From: Allomuricauda sp. | GTDB taxonomy: Bacteria > Bacteroidota > Bacteroidia > Flavobacteriales > Flavobacteriaceae | Reading direction: 5' to 3' | Length of the DNA stretch: 64,000 nt | Assembly (NCBI GenBank): GCA_030148305.1 | Contig: JASBTS010000097.1 | Coordinates: 25,631-89,630 of the forward strand | Shown: piece by piece, positions 48,675-59,732 of the stretch | Position numbering within the stretch: position 1 is the stretch's first letter | How the letters are laid out: each line of letters starts with the position of its first letter | Made by a program: the position numbers and the translations under genes | The notes under the pieces: model-generated | Seen by the model: only the letters and a program-made list of their open reading frames with translations | The model's database searches: none | Told to the model about the DNA's origin: nothing

Positions 48675-50012
48675 TTACCTTAAGGTAATTTCCACAATGG
48701 TATCCACAGCATCCATTTTGTTCTGGGGAACTTCCAAAAATAGCCCAAATTGGTTCTGTTGAAATGTCAGCTTGGATTGATCGGAAAACAGTTTCACCTC
48801 TTTGATCTTGGCACCAAAATCTTCCAAGAAAACTTTCTGACTGCCATCCAAAATATGCAAGTAAACCGTTTTGTCTTTCTGGGTCGTGGCCATTTTTTCC
48901 GTAGGCGAAATGGGTCCTGCCGTTGTTCCGTAAATGGTTGCTCCATTGAGTTTCATCCAAGTGCCCACATCCTTTAAAGATTCCTGGTGTTCTTCTTGTA
49001 TTTTTCCATTGGGCATAGGGCCAACATTGAGCAATAGGTTACTTCCGTATCCGGCGGCTTTTACAATATAGTGGATCAGTTCTTCTTTGGATTTATGCTG
49101 TCTGTCCTGAAGATTGAATCCCCACGACCCGTTGATGGTTTCACACACTTCCATGGGCAGTCGACCAATATCTGAAGCAGATGTTCCAAAACCGGTTGTG
49201 TTTTTTCCTGGGAGGTCCTTTTCGAACATTTGGAAATCTTCTCCCTCTATTGTGGCCAAATGGTGGTTGTTCCCAATAAGACATTGGGGTTGAAGGTCAT
49301 GGATGAGTTTGTAGATTTCATCGTAATGCCAATCTACTTGAAGGGCGCCGAACCGTTTGCCATCCCACAATTTTTGATCCCAATGCCCATCAAACCATAT
49401 CCCGGCGATTTCACCATAATTGGTCAATAGTTCGGTCAACTGGGTCTTCATGAAAGCTATGTAGTTGTCCCATTCCCCGGCACCACGTCCGGCAATATCA
49501 TTACCGGTTCTCCCTCGCGGATAATAGTCGTCATTGTGCCAGTCCAATAGGGAATAATAGAAAAAAAGTTTGATGCCTTCTTTGTGGCACGCATCGGCGA
49601 GTTGTTTCAACACATCTTTGCCGTATGGGGTGCTGTCCACAATATCATAATTGTTGGCCTTGGTGTCGAACATGGAAAAGCCATCATGATGTCTACTGGT
49701 AATCGTAATGTATTTCATTCCTGCATCCTTGGCCATTTTAACCCAAGCTTCGGCATCATAGGCGGTCGGATTAAAAAAGGTGGGTAGTTTTTCATAAGCC
49801 TGAATCGGAATATTTTGGTTGTTCATCACCCATTCGCCATCCCCCAATATGCTATAAACGCCCCAATGGATGAACATTCCGAATTTTGCCTCTTGGAACC
49901 ACTTCCGGGCTTCCAGATTTTCTTTGGTAGGCTTGTAATCTTTCTGACCCTGTCCAAAGGATAAAAGGGACACAAATAGAATCAAAATACTAAGGATGGG
50001 TTTGGTTTTCAT
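48675..50012 (-). CDS. GH29 alpha-L-fucosidase (second copy, different subtype)
   Basis: WFQEAKFGMFIHWGVYS, TSRHHDGF, YYSLLDW, IWFDG, EVCETINGSWG and NLLLNVGP motifs. Confidence 0.93.
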   Translation of the reverse strand: MKTKPILSILILFVSLLSFGQGQKDYKPTKENLEARKWFQEAKFGMFIHWGVYSILGDGEWVMNNQNIPIQAYEKLPTFFNPTAYDAEAWVKMAKDAGMKYITITSRHHDGFSMFDTKANNYDIVDSTPYGKDVLKQLADACHKEGIKLFFYYSLLDWHNDDYYPRGRTGNDIAGRGAGEWDNYIAFMKTQLTELLTNYGEIAGIWFDGHWDQKLWDGKRFGALQVDWHYDEIYKLIHDLQPQCLIGNNHHLATIEGEDFQMFEKDLPGKNTTGFGTSASDIGRLPMEVCETINGSWGFNLQDRQHKSKEELIHYIVKAAGYGSNLLLNVGPMPNGKIQEEHQESLKDVGTWMKLNGATIYGTTAGPISPTEKMATTQKDKTVYLHILDGSQKVFLEDFGAKIKEVKLFSDQSKLTFQQNQFGLFLEVPQNKMDAVDTIVEITLR

Positions 50013-50123
50013 GGCGTGGTTGTTTAGTTGAATTCCTAAGATTTGTCTATATGGAATGTCTTTGTAAGATATTATTTTTCAGGTTGGGTTGACGCATTTG
50101 GGACAGCATTTTCAAGAATGCGA

Positions 50124-50822
50124 TTACCCTTTTTGGGATACGTCATATTCGTAAAGTACAGGACCTCCTTTAATGCCAGTCTTCACTTCCCCTGTATTTT
50201 TCAACACTTCCATTTGAAAAATACGTTTTCTAAAGTTGCGTTTATCCAACTTGATGCCTAAAATATCCTCGTAAAGTCCTTGAAGTTCGGATAGTGTGAA
50301 CCGTTTGGGCAATAATTCTCCAATGATCAATCTGTCTTTTAAATTATTTTTGAGGAACATATGGGCATCATGTATGATCTGGGCATGGTCAAAGCCTAAG
50401 TTGGCTGGAATCTCCTCCATATCAAACCAAGCGATCTGTTCCACGTTTCCCTTGAGAAAAAGTGGATGGTTCTCCGGCCTGACCATGGCATAGAATGAAA
50501 CGGTGATCACCCTTTTTAATGGGTGCCTTTTCAAATCGGAATATACTTTCACTTGCTCAAAATGAATGTCCTTGACTCCGGTAAGTGCTAGCAATACTTT
50601 ACGGGCGCAATCTTTCAAGGTCTCGTCACCTTCCATAACACCGCCAGGTAACATCCAATGATCGGTGAATTCACCTACGGATCGTTTGGTGAGTAATAGT
50701 TTCAACCGATGGTCCACATATCCGAATACAGCAATATCCGTAGTAATCGAACATTCGAATGAATCAGCACTTACTGTTAAATTTTGAAGATTCGGTGGTT
50801 CAAATGCCTTTTTATTGCTCAT
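50124..50822 (-). CDS. NrtR-family regulator (degenerate Nudix + winged HTH)
   Basis: W.LPGG..DETL..CARKVL..LTG is a Nudix box lacking the catalytic RE/EE residues; RHP..RVITVSFYA, LGFDH and FTLSELQGLYE..LDKRNFRKRI follow. Confidence 0.9.
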   Translation of the reverse strand: MSNKKAFEPPNLQNLTVSADSFECSITTDIAVFGYVDHRLKLLLTKRSVGEFTDHWMLPGGVMEGDETLKDCARKVLLALTGVKDIHFEQVKVYSDLKRHPLKRVITVSFYAMVRPENHPLFLKGNVEQIAWFDMEEIPANLGFDHAQIIHDAHMFLKNNLKDRLIIGELLPKRFTLSELQGLYEDILGIKLDKRNFRKRIFQMEVLKNTGEVKTGIKGGPVLYEYDVSQKG

Positions 50823-50859
50823 TTGATTTTTTTATTGGACTAAAACTTCTAAATTAGTA

Positions 50860-50880
50860 TCCGTGTCTAAAGTACACAGA
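50860..50880. promoter_or_regulatory. NrtR operator
   Basis: 21-bp near-palindrome TCCGTGT-CTAAAGT-ACACAGA with the GT-N7-AC core, in the divergent promoter region next to the regulator. Confidence 0.75.
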
Positions 50881-50932
50881 AATAATAATTTTTGAAAAGA
50901 ATCCCCTGAATATTTGGGATCATCATACAGGA

Positions 50933-51751
50933 ATGGGCAATACATTATTTGATATTTCAAAAAAAGTGATCTTGATCACAGGCGCTACCGGTGCTTTAGG
51001 TGGGAGCATGGCGGAATATTTGCTTTCGGAAGGTGCCAAGGTTGTTTTATTGGGTCAGACCGAGGGCAAGGTGAAAGACAAAGTCAAGCAGCTTAAAGAA
51101 TTCTATTCGGATGTGCTTGGATTTTCGGGAAGTGTATTGGATAAACATTTTTTGGAAGACGTAAAACGCAAAGTGATGCAGGAATGGGGAGTTATAGATG
51201 TACTCATCAACGCTGCGGGCGGAAACATGCCAGGAGCGGTCATTGGGGAGGGACAGACTATCTTCGACCTACAAATGGAAGATTTTAGGAAGGTTTCCGA
51301 ATTGAACCTGGACGGCTCCGTAATTCCTTCCTTGGTTTTTGGAAAACAAATGGCAGACCAAGGCCATGGATGCATCCTCAATGTATCCTCCATGGCGGCA
51401 ACAAGGGCACTTACCCGTGTGGTGGGCTATTCGGCTTCCAAGGCGGCCATAGATAATTTTACCAAGTGGATGGCCACCGAACTGGCCCTGAAATTTGGGG
51501 AGGGCCTCCGTGTGAATGCCATTGCCCCCGGGTTTTTTATAGGTAGCCAAAACAAAAATCTGTTGTTAAATGAGGACGGTAGCTATACCGAACGAGGTAA
51601 AAAAATAATCGACAATACCCCCATGAAGAGGTTTGGTAATGCCAAAGAATTACACGGTGCCGTGCACTGGCTCATCAGTGATGCGGCGAGTTTTGTGACT
51701 GGGGCCATCATACCTATCGATGGGGGATTTAGCGCATATAGTGGTGTATAA
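50933..51751 (+). CDS. SDR oxidoreductase, D-mannonate oxidoreductase (fructuronate reductase) type
   Basis: [23 protein letters not shown] and [10 protein letters not shown] motifs; immediately upstream of uxuA. Confidence 0.88.
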   Translation: MGNTLFDISKKVILITGATGALGGSMAEYLLSEGAKVVLLGQTEGKVKDKVKQLKEFYSDVLGFSGSVLDKHFLEDVKRKVMQEWGVIDVLINAAGGNMPGAVIGEGQTIFDLQMEDFRKVSELNLDGSVIPSLVFGKQMADQGHGCILNVSSMAATRALTRVVGYSASKAAIDNFTKWMATELALKFGEGLRVNAIAPGFFIGSQNKNLLLNEDGSYTERGKKIIDNTPMKRFGNAKELHGAVHWLISDAASFVTGAIIPIDGGFSAYSGV

Positions 51752-51764
51752 ACAAGGGCTACAA

Positions 51765-52970
51765 ATGGGATTGGAACAAACTTGGCGCTGGTACGGACCA
51801 GATGACCCCGTTTCGTTGGAAGACATCAAAATGGCAGGGGCCACAGGTATTGTTACGGCATTGCATCATATTCCCAACGGTGAAGTTTGGCCCGTGGAAA
51901 GCATTTTGGAACGCAAGAATTTGCTTGAAAATGTCGGACTCCGATGGTCGGTGGTGGAATCACTTCCCATCCATGAAAACATCAAGACCCGTTCAGGAAA
52001 TTATAAAGAACATATTGCAAACTATAAGCAAAGCTTGGTTCATTTGGCCAAGTTCGGTGTCAAGGTAGTGTGTTACAATTTTATGCCCGTTTTGGACTGG
52101 ACGCGTACCAATCTAGCTTATACTGTGGAAGATGGTTCCAAAGCACTCTTCTTTGAATACAATGCTTTAGCTGCTTTTGATGTGCATATTTTAAAGCGAC
52201 CTGGAGCAGAAGAGGATTATACCAAGGAACAGCTTGCTGATGCAAAGGTCTATTTTGATGGGATGTCCGAAAATGAAATTCAGTTGTTGGTGAAGAACAT
52301 AATTGCTGGGTTACCCGGTTCCTCCGAAGGGTATTTGGATGCAGAAAAGAGATATAACTTGGAAAAGTTTCAATCCATTTTGGATACTTACAAGGGTATT
52401 GATGCGGAACAAATGCGTAGCAACTTGGTTGAATTTCTCAAGGAAATTATTCCAGTGGCTGAAGAAAACGGTATTCTCATGTGTATACATCCAGACGATC
52501 CACCTTTTTCCATTTTGGGTTTACCCCGTATCATGAGCACCGAAGCGGACTATGCCCATATTTTTATGGAAGTACCATCCGTCAATAACGGTATTACGTT
52601 TTGCACGGGATCATTAGGCGTAAGGGCCGATAACCATTTGGGAGCCATGTTTCAACGGTTTGCAGAAAGGGTTCATTTTATGCACTTGCGAAGTACCAAA
52701 AGAGACGGAAAAGGCAATTTTTATGAGGCCAATCATCTGGAAGGGGATGTGGACATGTTCGATATCATGGAGAAAGCCCTGAAGGAACAGCAACGTCGCC
52801 AAAAGGAAGGTAGAGCGGACTGGCAAATACCGATGAGGCCAGATCATGGCCATCAAATGCTGGACGATTTGAAAAAACATACCAATCCTGGGTATTCGGC
52901 TATTGGCAGACTCAGGGGATTGGCAGAATTGAGAGGATTGATGTTGGGGATTGAAAGGTCGTGGTCATGA
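51765..52970 (+). CDS. uxuA: Mannonate dehydratase
   Basis: [43 protein letters not shown] and PGYSAIGRL. Start moved to MGLEQTW. Confidence 0.96.
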   Translation: MGLEQTWRWYGPDDPVSLEDIKMAGATGIVTALHHIPNGEVWPVESILERKNLLENVGLRWSVVESLPIHENIKTRSGNYKEHIANYKQSLVHLAKFGVKVVCYNFMPVLDWTRTNLAYTVEDGSKALFFEYNALAAFDVHILKRPGAEEDYTKEQLADAKVYFDGMSENEIQLLVKNIIAGLPGSSEGYLDAEKRYNLEKFQSILDTYKGIDAEQMRSNLVEFLKEIIPVAEENGILMCIHPDDPPFSILGLPRIMSTEADYAHIFMEVPSVNNGITFCTGSLGVRADNHLGAMFQRFAERVHFMHLRSTKRDGKGNFYEANHLEGDVDMFDIMEKALKEQQRRQKEGRADWQIPMRPDHGHQMLDDLKKHTNPGYSAIGRLRGLAELRGLMLGIERSWS

Positions 52971-53006
52971 AAAAATTGAAATCAACGGTTATCAAAAAAT
53001 AGTAGA

Positions 53007-53987
53007 GTGAAAAAAATAAGGATGGTCTTAACACTTGTCTTGGTTGCACAGTTCATGGGCTGTATGCAAGATGATGGGGTAAAGACTATCCGGTTGGCCC
53101 ATGGATTGGATGTAAACCATTCGGTGCATCGGGCCATGGTGAAAATGGGGGAGGACATAGAACATATTTCAGGAGGGAAACTCAGAATAGAGATCTATCC
53201 CAACCAACAATTGGGCACCGAACGGGAGATTTTGGAATTGATACAACTGGGAAGCCTCGATATGACCAAGGTATCGGTGGCCACGTTGGAAAATTTTGCA
53301 CCAAAGACACGGATTTTGGGACTTCCCTATCTTTTTGAAAGCAGAAAGCATGCCTTTGAGGTACTGGATGGCCCGATTGGGCAAGCGTTGTTGGACAATG
53401 CACAACAATTTCGATTGAAAGGACTGGGCTATTACGATGCCGGTTTCCGAAGTTTTTATACCGAACACGAGCCTGTAAACTCCCCAGAAGATTTAAAGGG
53501 GCTCAAGATCAGGGTCATGGAAAGTGTCACGGCCATGGATATGGTAAAAAGTCTTGGAGGTTCGCCAACCCCCATTTCATGGGGAGAGTTGTATACCAGC
53601 CTTCAACAGGGGGTGGTGGATGGTGCCGAGAACAATCCCCCCAGTTTTTACCTTTCCAAACACTATGAGGTGTGTCCGTACTACTCGTTGGATGAGCACA
53701 CTTTCTCGCCGGATGTCTTGATTGTCGGAACCCAGTTTTGGAACAAACTTTCGGAGCAGGAACAAGATTGGGTTATGGAAGCGGTGAAAAGGTCTTTGAA
53801 GCATCAGCGGAAATTGTGGGCAGATTCAGAAGCGGAGGCATTAGAAGAAGTGCAGAAGGCCGGAGTGAAGATTTCGCATCCGGACAAGGAGCCTTTCATC
53901 CAAATGACAAAGGAAATGTACAAAGCCTATGCAGCGGATGAAGAATTGAACAACATGATACAACAGATCAAATCCATGGCAAATTGA
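53007..53987 (+). CDS. dctP: TRAP transporter substrate-binding protein
   Basis: IYPNQQLG.ERE, DLKGLKIRVM and ELYTSLQQGVVDGAENN motifs. Confidence 0.92.
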   Translation: MKKIRMVLTLVLVAQFMGCMQDDGVKTIRLAHGLDVNHSVHRAMVKMGEDIEHISGGKLRIEIYPNQQLGTEREILELIQLGSLDMTKVSVATLENFAPKTRILGLPYLFESRKHAFEVLDGPIGQALLDNAQQFRLKGLGYYDAGFRSFYTEHEPVNSPEDLKGLKIRVMESVTAMDMVKSLGGSPTPISWGELYTSLQQGVVDGAENNPPSFYLSKHYEVCPYYSLDEHTFSPDVLIVGTQFWNKLSEQEQDWVMEAVKRSLKHQRKLWADSEAEALEEVQKAGVKISHPDKEPFIQMTKEMYKAYAADEELNNMIQQIKSMAN

Positions 53988-54445
53988 TGAGCTTCAAAAA
54001 AACATTGGATAGTATTTTGGCACATCTTCTGGTGTTGCTGATGGGCCTAATGGTGCTGAACGTGCTTTGGCAGGTGTTCAGCAGATACGTTCTGGGGGAA
54101 CCAAGTGCTTTTACCGATGAGCTTGCTCGTTTCTTGATGATCTGGTTGGGTTTATTGGGAGCTGCCTATGTATCGGGCAAAAAAGGTCATGTGGCCATAG
54201 ATGTATTGGCCAAACGAGCCAGTGTAAAAAATCAAAAATGGTTAAAAAGAAGCGTGTCCAGTTTCATTATACTTTTTTGTTTGGCCGCTATGGTGACAGG
54301 CGGTGGATGGTTGGTGTTTACCACATATGAACTCAAGCAGCTTTCCCCGGCATTGGGATTGCCTTTGGCCTACGTGTATATCGTGATTCCCTTGAGCGGG
54401 CTGATCGTGGTTTATTACAAATTCTTTGATATCAAATCCGATTGA
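53984..54445 (+). CDS. dctQ: TRAP transporter small permease
   Basis: QVFSRYVL, TDELARFLMIW and HVAID motifs; four TM helices. Confidence 0.9.
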   Translation: MMSFKKTLDSILAHLLVLLMGLMVLNVLWQVFSRYVLGEPSAFTDELARFLMIWLGLLGAAYVSGKKGHVAIDVLAKRASVKNQKWLKRSVSSFIILFCLAAMVTGGGWLVFTTYELKQLSPALGLPLAYVYIVIPLSGLIVVYYKFFDIKSD

Positions 54446-55746
54446 GCCCTATGGAGTATATACCCTTGTTAGTTTTGATCATCAGTTTTGTGGGCCTCTT
54501 GGCGATAGGTACACCCGTGGCGTGGAGCATTGCCATATCCTCTATGTTGACCTTATTGGTGAGCGTTCCGACATTACCGGCATTGGCGACCATCTCACAG
54601 CGTATGGCCACAGGGTTGGATAGCTTTGCCCTATTGGCCATCCCATTTTTTATCTTATCGGGAGAATTGATGAACCAAGGGGGTATTGCCCACCGACTGA
54701 TCGCTTTTGCCAAATCTTTAGTTGGGGCCATGCCAGGGGGACTTGCTTTGATCAATATCATATCGGCCATGTTTATGGGGGCCATCGCAGGATCGGCCAT
54801 GGCGTCAGCCTCTGCTATGGGGAGTATCCTTGGGCCAGAAATGGAAAAAGAGGGGTATGATAGGGAATTCGCGGCCGCGGTGAACATTACTTCTGCCACC
54901 ACGGGATTGGTCATTCCGCCCAGCAATATTTTGATCGTGTACTCGCTGGCCAGTGGCGGGGCCTCCATAGCCGCACTCTTTTTGGCAGGTTATATTCCAG
55001 GTCTTCTCACGGGTTTGTTGTTGATGGTGGTCACGGTTTTTTGGGCCAAGAAAAAAGGATACGGCACAGGGAAGCGGACCTCGGTGGTCCAGGTTTTTAA
55101 AACGTTCGTTGATGCAGTCCCAAGCCTGTTTTTATTGGTTTTGGTCATTGGGGGTATCGTAGCGGGTATCTTTACGGCCACCGAAGCCTCTGCCATAGCC
55201 GTACTCTATAGTCTTTTGTTGGGCTTTGCCTACAAACAGATAACGTTTAAAAAATTGCCCCAGATTTTTTTGAACGCCTCATCTACCACCGCAGTGGTGA
55301 TGCTGTTGATTGCGGCTTCCATGAGCATGTCATGGGCTCTTTCCTTTGAGCATATCCCGCAGGATATCAGTTCTGGACTTTTGTCCATTACGGATAACAA
55401 GATTGCTCTATTGCTCATCATTAACCTGATATTATTGTTCGTTGGGATTTTTATGGACATCACTCCGGCGGTGCTCATCTTCACCCCAATATTTTTGCCT
55501 ATTGTAACCAAATTGGGAATAGATCCGGTCCATTTTGGTATCATCATGATCTTGAACCTATGTATCGGCTTGTGTACCCCACCCGTAGGCTCGGTACTCT
55601 TTGTGGGGGTGGGTATCGCAAAGACATCCATAGAAAAAGTGATAAAACCCTTGTTGCCCCTTTTTGCGGCGATGATCTTGGCCTTGTTCCTTATCACATA
55701 TATCCCCGAATTGGCCCTTTGGCTACCGGGATTGTTTGGATTATAA
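54442..55746 (+). CDS. dctM: TRAP transporter large permease
   Basis: LLAIPFFILSGELM, IPPS, FTATEASA, DPVHFG and GLCTPPVG. The start may be the ATG at 54451. Confidence 0.93.
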   Translation: MSPMEYIPLLVLIISFVGLLAIGTPVAWSIAISSMLTLLVSVPTLPALATISQRMATGLDSFALLAIPFFILSGELMNQGGIAHRLIAFAKSLVGAMPGGLALINIISAMFMGAIAGSAMASASAMGSILGPEMEKEGYDREFAAAVNITSATTGLVIPPSNILIVYSLASGGASIAALFLAGYIPGLLTGLLLMVVTVFWAKKKGYGTGKRTSVVQVFKTFVDAVPSLFLLVLVIGGIVAGIFTATEASAIAVLYSLLLGFAYKQITFKKLPQIFLNASSTTAVVMLLIAASMSMSWALSFEHIPQDISSGLLSITDNKIALLLIINLILLFVGIFMDITPAVLIFTPIFLPIVTKLGIDPVHFGIIMILNLCIGLCTPPVGSVLFVGVGIAKTSIEKVIKPLLPLFAAMILALFLITYIPELALWLPGLFGL

Positions 55747-55771
55747 TCGATCTGTAAAATAACTTTTAAAT

Positions 55772-57148
55772 ATGACACATAAAATGAACAAACTAAAATA
55801 CGGGACGCTGGCACTTCTGCTGTGTTGGGCCTGTGCCGAGGCTCCCAAGGATGACACCCCATGGGTGGATTTGTTTGATGGAACCCTTAACGGGTGGAAC
55901 CAAAAGGGTGGCGAAGCCCATTATGCGATTAAGGATGATGCCATAGTAGGCTCCACGGTCCATGATACCCCCAATTCGTTTTTGACCACGGATAAGATCT
56001 ATGGTGATTTCATCATGGAGTTGGATTATAAAGTGGATTCCACCATGAATTCAGGAATCCAGATTCGGAGCAATAGTTTCCCTTACTATCAAAATGGAAG
56101 GGTCCACGGGTACCAGATTGAAATCGATCCTTCGGATAGGGCATGGAGTGCGGGCATTTATGATGAGGGAAGAAGAGGTTGGCTCGTGACCTTGGACAAC
56201 AATCCAGAGGCCCAAAAAGCCTTCAAACAAAACGATTGGAACCATTATCGCATCGAAGCGATCGGCGATACCATCAAGACGTGGATCAATGGTGTTCCTG
56301 CCGCCTATTTGATTGATGATAAAACACCTAGTGGGTTTATCGCGCTTCAGGTACATAGTATTGGAAAAGATCAAAAGGCAGGAACGGAGATTGCTTGGCG
56401 AAATATCAAGATTTTGACGGATAGCTTGTCAAAATTTACCAAACCCATGACCTTGCAACCCGTGGTCACCAAAAACCATATCAATGTGGATGAGGCCAAA
56501 AATGGCTGGGAATTGTTATGGGACGGCGAGACCACTAACGGTTGGAGAGGAGCTCGATTGGATAGTTTTCCAGACAAAGGTTGGGAGATACAGGATGGGG
56601 TTTTGACCGTTTTGTCTTCTGGTGGAGAAGAATCGGCTGCAGGTGGAGACATTGTAACAACAGAGCTTTTCGGGGATTTTGAACTCATGGTCGATTTTAA
56701 ACTGACCGAAGGCGCCAACAGCGGGATCAAATATTATGTGAACACGGATTTGAATAAAGGCCCAGGATCATCCATTGGATTGGAATACCAACTTTTGGAT
56801 GATGCCGTGCATCCCGATGCCAAATTGGGCAACCATGAAGGGAGCAGGACCTTAGCTTCTCTTTACGATCTTATCAAAGCAGATCCCAATAAACCTGCCA
56901 ACCCGATCGGGGAGTGGAATACGGCACATATCATATCCAAAGGAAGTCATGTTGAACATTGGCTCAACGGAATGAAAGTTCTGGAATACGAACGGGGCAG
57001 CGATGAGTTCAAAAAACTCGTCTCTGAAAGCAAGTATGTAGTATGGCCCAACTTTGGGGAAGCACCCACAGGTCCCATTTTGTTGCAAGACCATGGGGAT
57101 AAGGTAAGCTTTAAAAACATCAAGATAAAAACCACCGAAAAGCAGTAA
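55772..57148 (+). CDS. Tandem DUF1080 (3-keto-disaccharide hydrolase/hydratase-like) lipoprotein
   Basis: Two repeats: LFDG..GW / YGDF..NSGIQ / GYQIEI / GFIALQVH / WRNIKI and LWDG..GW / GDFEL..NSGIKY / EYQLLDD / GPILLQDHG / FKNIKI; lipobox WAC. Confidence 0.88.
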   Translation: MTHKMNKLKYGTLALLLCWACAEAPKDDTPWVDLFDGTLNGWNQKGGEAHYAIKDDAIVGSTVHDTPNSFLTTDKIYGDFIMELDYKVDSTMNSGIQIRSNSFPYYQNGRVHGYQIEIDPSDRAWSAGIYDEGRRGWLVTLDNNPEAQKAFKQNDWNHYRIEAIGDTIKTWINGVPAAYLIDDKTPSGFIALQVHSIGKDQKAGTEIAWRNIKILTDSLSKFTKPMTLQPVVTKNHINVDEAKNGWELLWDGETTNGWRGARLDSFPDKGWEIQDGVLTVLSSGGEESAAGGDIVTTELFGDFELMVDFKLTEGANSGIKYYVNTDLNKGPGSSIGLEYQLLDDAVHPDAKLGNHEGSRTLASLYDLIKADPNKPANPIGEWNTAHIISKGSHVEHWLNGMKVLEYERGSDEFKKLVSESKYVVWPNFGEAPTGPILLQDHGDKVSFKNIKIKTTEKQ

Positions 57149-57152
57149 AACC

Positions 57153-58481
57153 ATGACAACAAGAAGAGATTTCATCAAAAAAACGACAGCGGGTACTGCT
57201 GCGGTCACCCTGGGCAGTATGGTATTACCCACTTGGGCCAATGCCCGAATTTTGGGAGCCAACGATCAGATCAATTGTGCGGTAATAGGTGTGAGGAGCC
57301 GTGCCAAGGCCCACTTTTTGGCCATTCATCAAGATGCAAATGCCAAGATTTTGTACAGTTGTGATGTGGACGATATCATTTTGGAAGAGCATAATGCATG
57401 GTGTCAGGAGAATATCGGTTATGTGCCGAAAGTAGAAAAGGATTTCAGGAAGGTTTTGGAGGATAAGGACGTGGACGCCATTTTCATTGCCACCCCGGAG
57501 CATTGGCATGCCCCTATGGCCATATTGGGCCTTCAGGCGGGTAAACATGTGTATGTGGAAAAGCCTTGTAGTCATAATCCATATGAAAACGACCTTTTGG
57601 TGGCAGCCCAAAAGAAATATGGAAAAAAGGTGCAGATGGGCAATCAACAACGGTCGGGCAAAACATCTATGGCTGCTGTAGAAGACATCAAAAAAGGAGT
57701 GATCGGTGACGTTTTCAAGGGAGAGGCATATTACTCCAACAACAGGGGCTCCATAGGTCATGGAAAAATGATAGAGGTACCCAAAACCTTAAATTGGGAA
57801 ATGTGGCAAGGTCCTGCACCAAGAGAAAATTATAGAGACAACATCCATCCTTACAATTGGCATTGGTTTAAAAATTGGGGTACAGGGGAAATCCACAACA
57901 ACGGCACGCACGAGATCGATATTTGTCGTTGGGCCTTGGGTGTGGACCTTCCTGAAACCGTTACGGCTTTTGGTGGTAAATATACCTTTGATGATGATTG
58001 GGAGTTTCCCGATAATCAACAGGTGACCTATACTTTTCCAGGCGATAAGTTCATCACTTGGACTTCCCACAGCCGTGGTATCATGAAACCGGAACGACCC
58101 GGCCGCGGTATTACCATTTATGGTAGTAAAGGGGTGATGGAATTGAGCAGGAATTTTTACAAGCTATACGACTTGAATGGTAATTTACTCAAGCTTGAAA
58201 ACGAGGCTACCACAAGTGCAACCTTGAATACCCAGGGCATCGGTGGATTGGATGTGGACCATGTGGCGAACTTCTTTAATGCCATCCGGACTGATACTTC
58301 TTTGAATTCGGATATTAGGGACGCCAGTGTTTCTACAATGCTCTGTCATTTGGGGAACATGGCTTATGATGCAGGACATACCATCCAAGTTAATACCCAA
58401 ACAGGTAAGATATTGAACAGTGAAAAAGCCATGAAAGGCTGGAAAAGGGAATATGAAAAGGGTTGGGAGCCAAAATTGTAG
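57153..58481 (+). CDS. Tat-exported Gfo/Idh/MocA oxidoreductase
   Basis: TRRDFIK, ATPEHWH, HVYVEKP, QMGNQQRS, WQGPAP and NNGTHEID motifs. Confidence 0.9.
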   Translation: MTTRRDFIKKTTAGTAAVTLGSMVLPTWANARILGANDQINCAVIGVRSRAKAHFLAIHQDANAKILYSCDVDDIILEEHNAWCQENIGYVPKVEKDFRKVLEDKDVDAIFIATPEHWHAPMAILGLQAGKHVYVEKPCSHNPYENDLLVAAQKKYGKKVQMGNQQRSGKTSMAAVEDIKKGVIGDVFKGEAYYSNNRGSIGHGKMIEVPKTLNWEMWQGPAPRENYRDNIHPYNWHWFKNWGTGEIHNNGTHEIDICRWALGVDLPETVTAFGGKYTFDDDWEFPDNQQVTYTFPGDKFITWTSHSRGIMKPERPGRGITIYGSKGVMELSRNFYKLYDLNGNLLKLENEATTSATLNTQGIGGLDVDHVANFFNAIRTDTSLNSDIRDASVSTMLCHLGNMAYDAGHTIQVNTQTGKILNSEKAMKGWKREYEKGWEPKL

Positions 58482-58487
58482 TAAAGG

Positions 58488-59684
58488 ATGAAGAGGCGCG
58501 AATTTATAGTGAAAAGTGGTTTGGCCGGCTCTGCGGCACTATATGCCCCAACTGTTTTGGGATATGGAACCCCGAGTGCGAATGAAACCATCAATATTGG
58601 GGTCATAGGTACAGGAGATCGTGGTGGTGGACTCATTCCTTTTATCAACCAAATCCCGAATATGAGGGTAGTGGCCTGTAGCGATATTATCCCTTTCAGG
58701 CTCAGTTCAGGCCTTTCCAAAGTGGAAGGTAAGGCAAAAGGTTATGAGGATTACCGTAAACTTTTGGATGACAAGGATGTAGATGCCGTTCTGGTAGCGA
58801 CCCCCTTCAGCACACATTCCCAAATTGTGACCGATGCATTAAAAGCGGGCAAACATGTGTACGGCGAAAAAACAATGGCCAAAGGATATGATGGGATAAA
58901 ATCCTTGGTCCACACCGCTGAAAACTCGGGCACTATTTTTCAAGCGGGACACCAATACCACAGTTCCCGACTGTATACCCACATTGTGGATGAAATCAAA
59001 AAAGGAAAAATAGGCAAGACTACGGCTTTTGAATGCCAATGGAACCGAAACAACAACTGGAGACGGCCCGTTCCCGATCCCAAATGGGAACGCATGATCA
59101 ATTGGCGAATGTACCGCGAGTTTTCAGGGGGACTTTTGGCCGAACTTTGTTCCCACCAATTGGATTTTGCCAATTGGGTGTTGGGCTCCATGCCCGAAAA
59201 GGTCATGGGAGTAGGAGGAATCGATTATTGGAAAGATGGTAGGGAAACCTTTGATAATATCCATCTTATTTATAGTTATCCAAAAGGAGTAAGGGCATCC
59301 TTTACCTGTTTGACCAGTAATGCCATGGGCGATTACAAAGTAAAAGTGATGGGAGATAAAGGGGCCTATATTCTGGATTACGTAAAGGCTTGGTACTATC
59401 CCGAAGGGAGTTTTGAGAAAGAAGTTGGGGAAGTGGACGGAGTTTCCGGGGCCACCCTAAACTGGGACCAGGGAAGGGGCATCCCCGTAAATTTTGACCA
59501 TGAGGATCCCAGTAAACAGGCCTTGATCGATTTTAGGGACAATATTGTAAACCATACAATGCCCATATCCAATGCCAAAACAGGGGCCATGGCCGCACTG
59601 TGTGTGCAGATGGGCCTAGATGCCATGTACGGGAATACCATCGTGGAAACCGATGCCAAAATGGTAAACGAGATTTTGGGATAG
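58488..59684 (+). CDS. Tat-exported Gfo/Idh/MocA oxidoreductase
   Basis: KRREFIV, GTGDRG, HVYGEK and NWRMYREFSGGLLAELCSHQLD motifs. Confidence 0.9.
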   Translation: MKRREFIVKSGLAGSAALYAPTVLGYGTPSANETINIGVIGTGDRGGGLIPFINQIPNMRVVACSDIIPFRLSSGLSKVEGKAKGYEDYRKLLDDKDVDAVLVATPFSTHSQIVTDALKAGKHVYGEKTMAKGYDGIKSLVHTAENSGTIFQAGHQYHSSRLYTHIVDEIKKGKIGKTTAFECQWNRNNNWRRPVPDPKWERMINWRMYREFSGGLLAELCSHQLDFANWVLGSMPEKVMGVGGIDYWKDGRETFDNIHLIYSYPKGVRASFTCLTSNAMGDYKVKVMGDKGAYILDYVKAWYYPEGSFEKEVGEVDGVSGATLNWDQGRGIPVNFDHEDPSKQALIDFRDNIVNHTMPISNAKTGAMAALCVQMGLDAMYGNTIVETDAKMVNEILG

Positions 59685-59732
59685 GCTTTAAATTTTGGTA
59701 AGGAATAATAATGAATGGGCTAAGGAAAGAGA

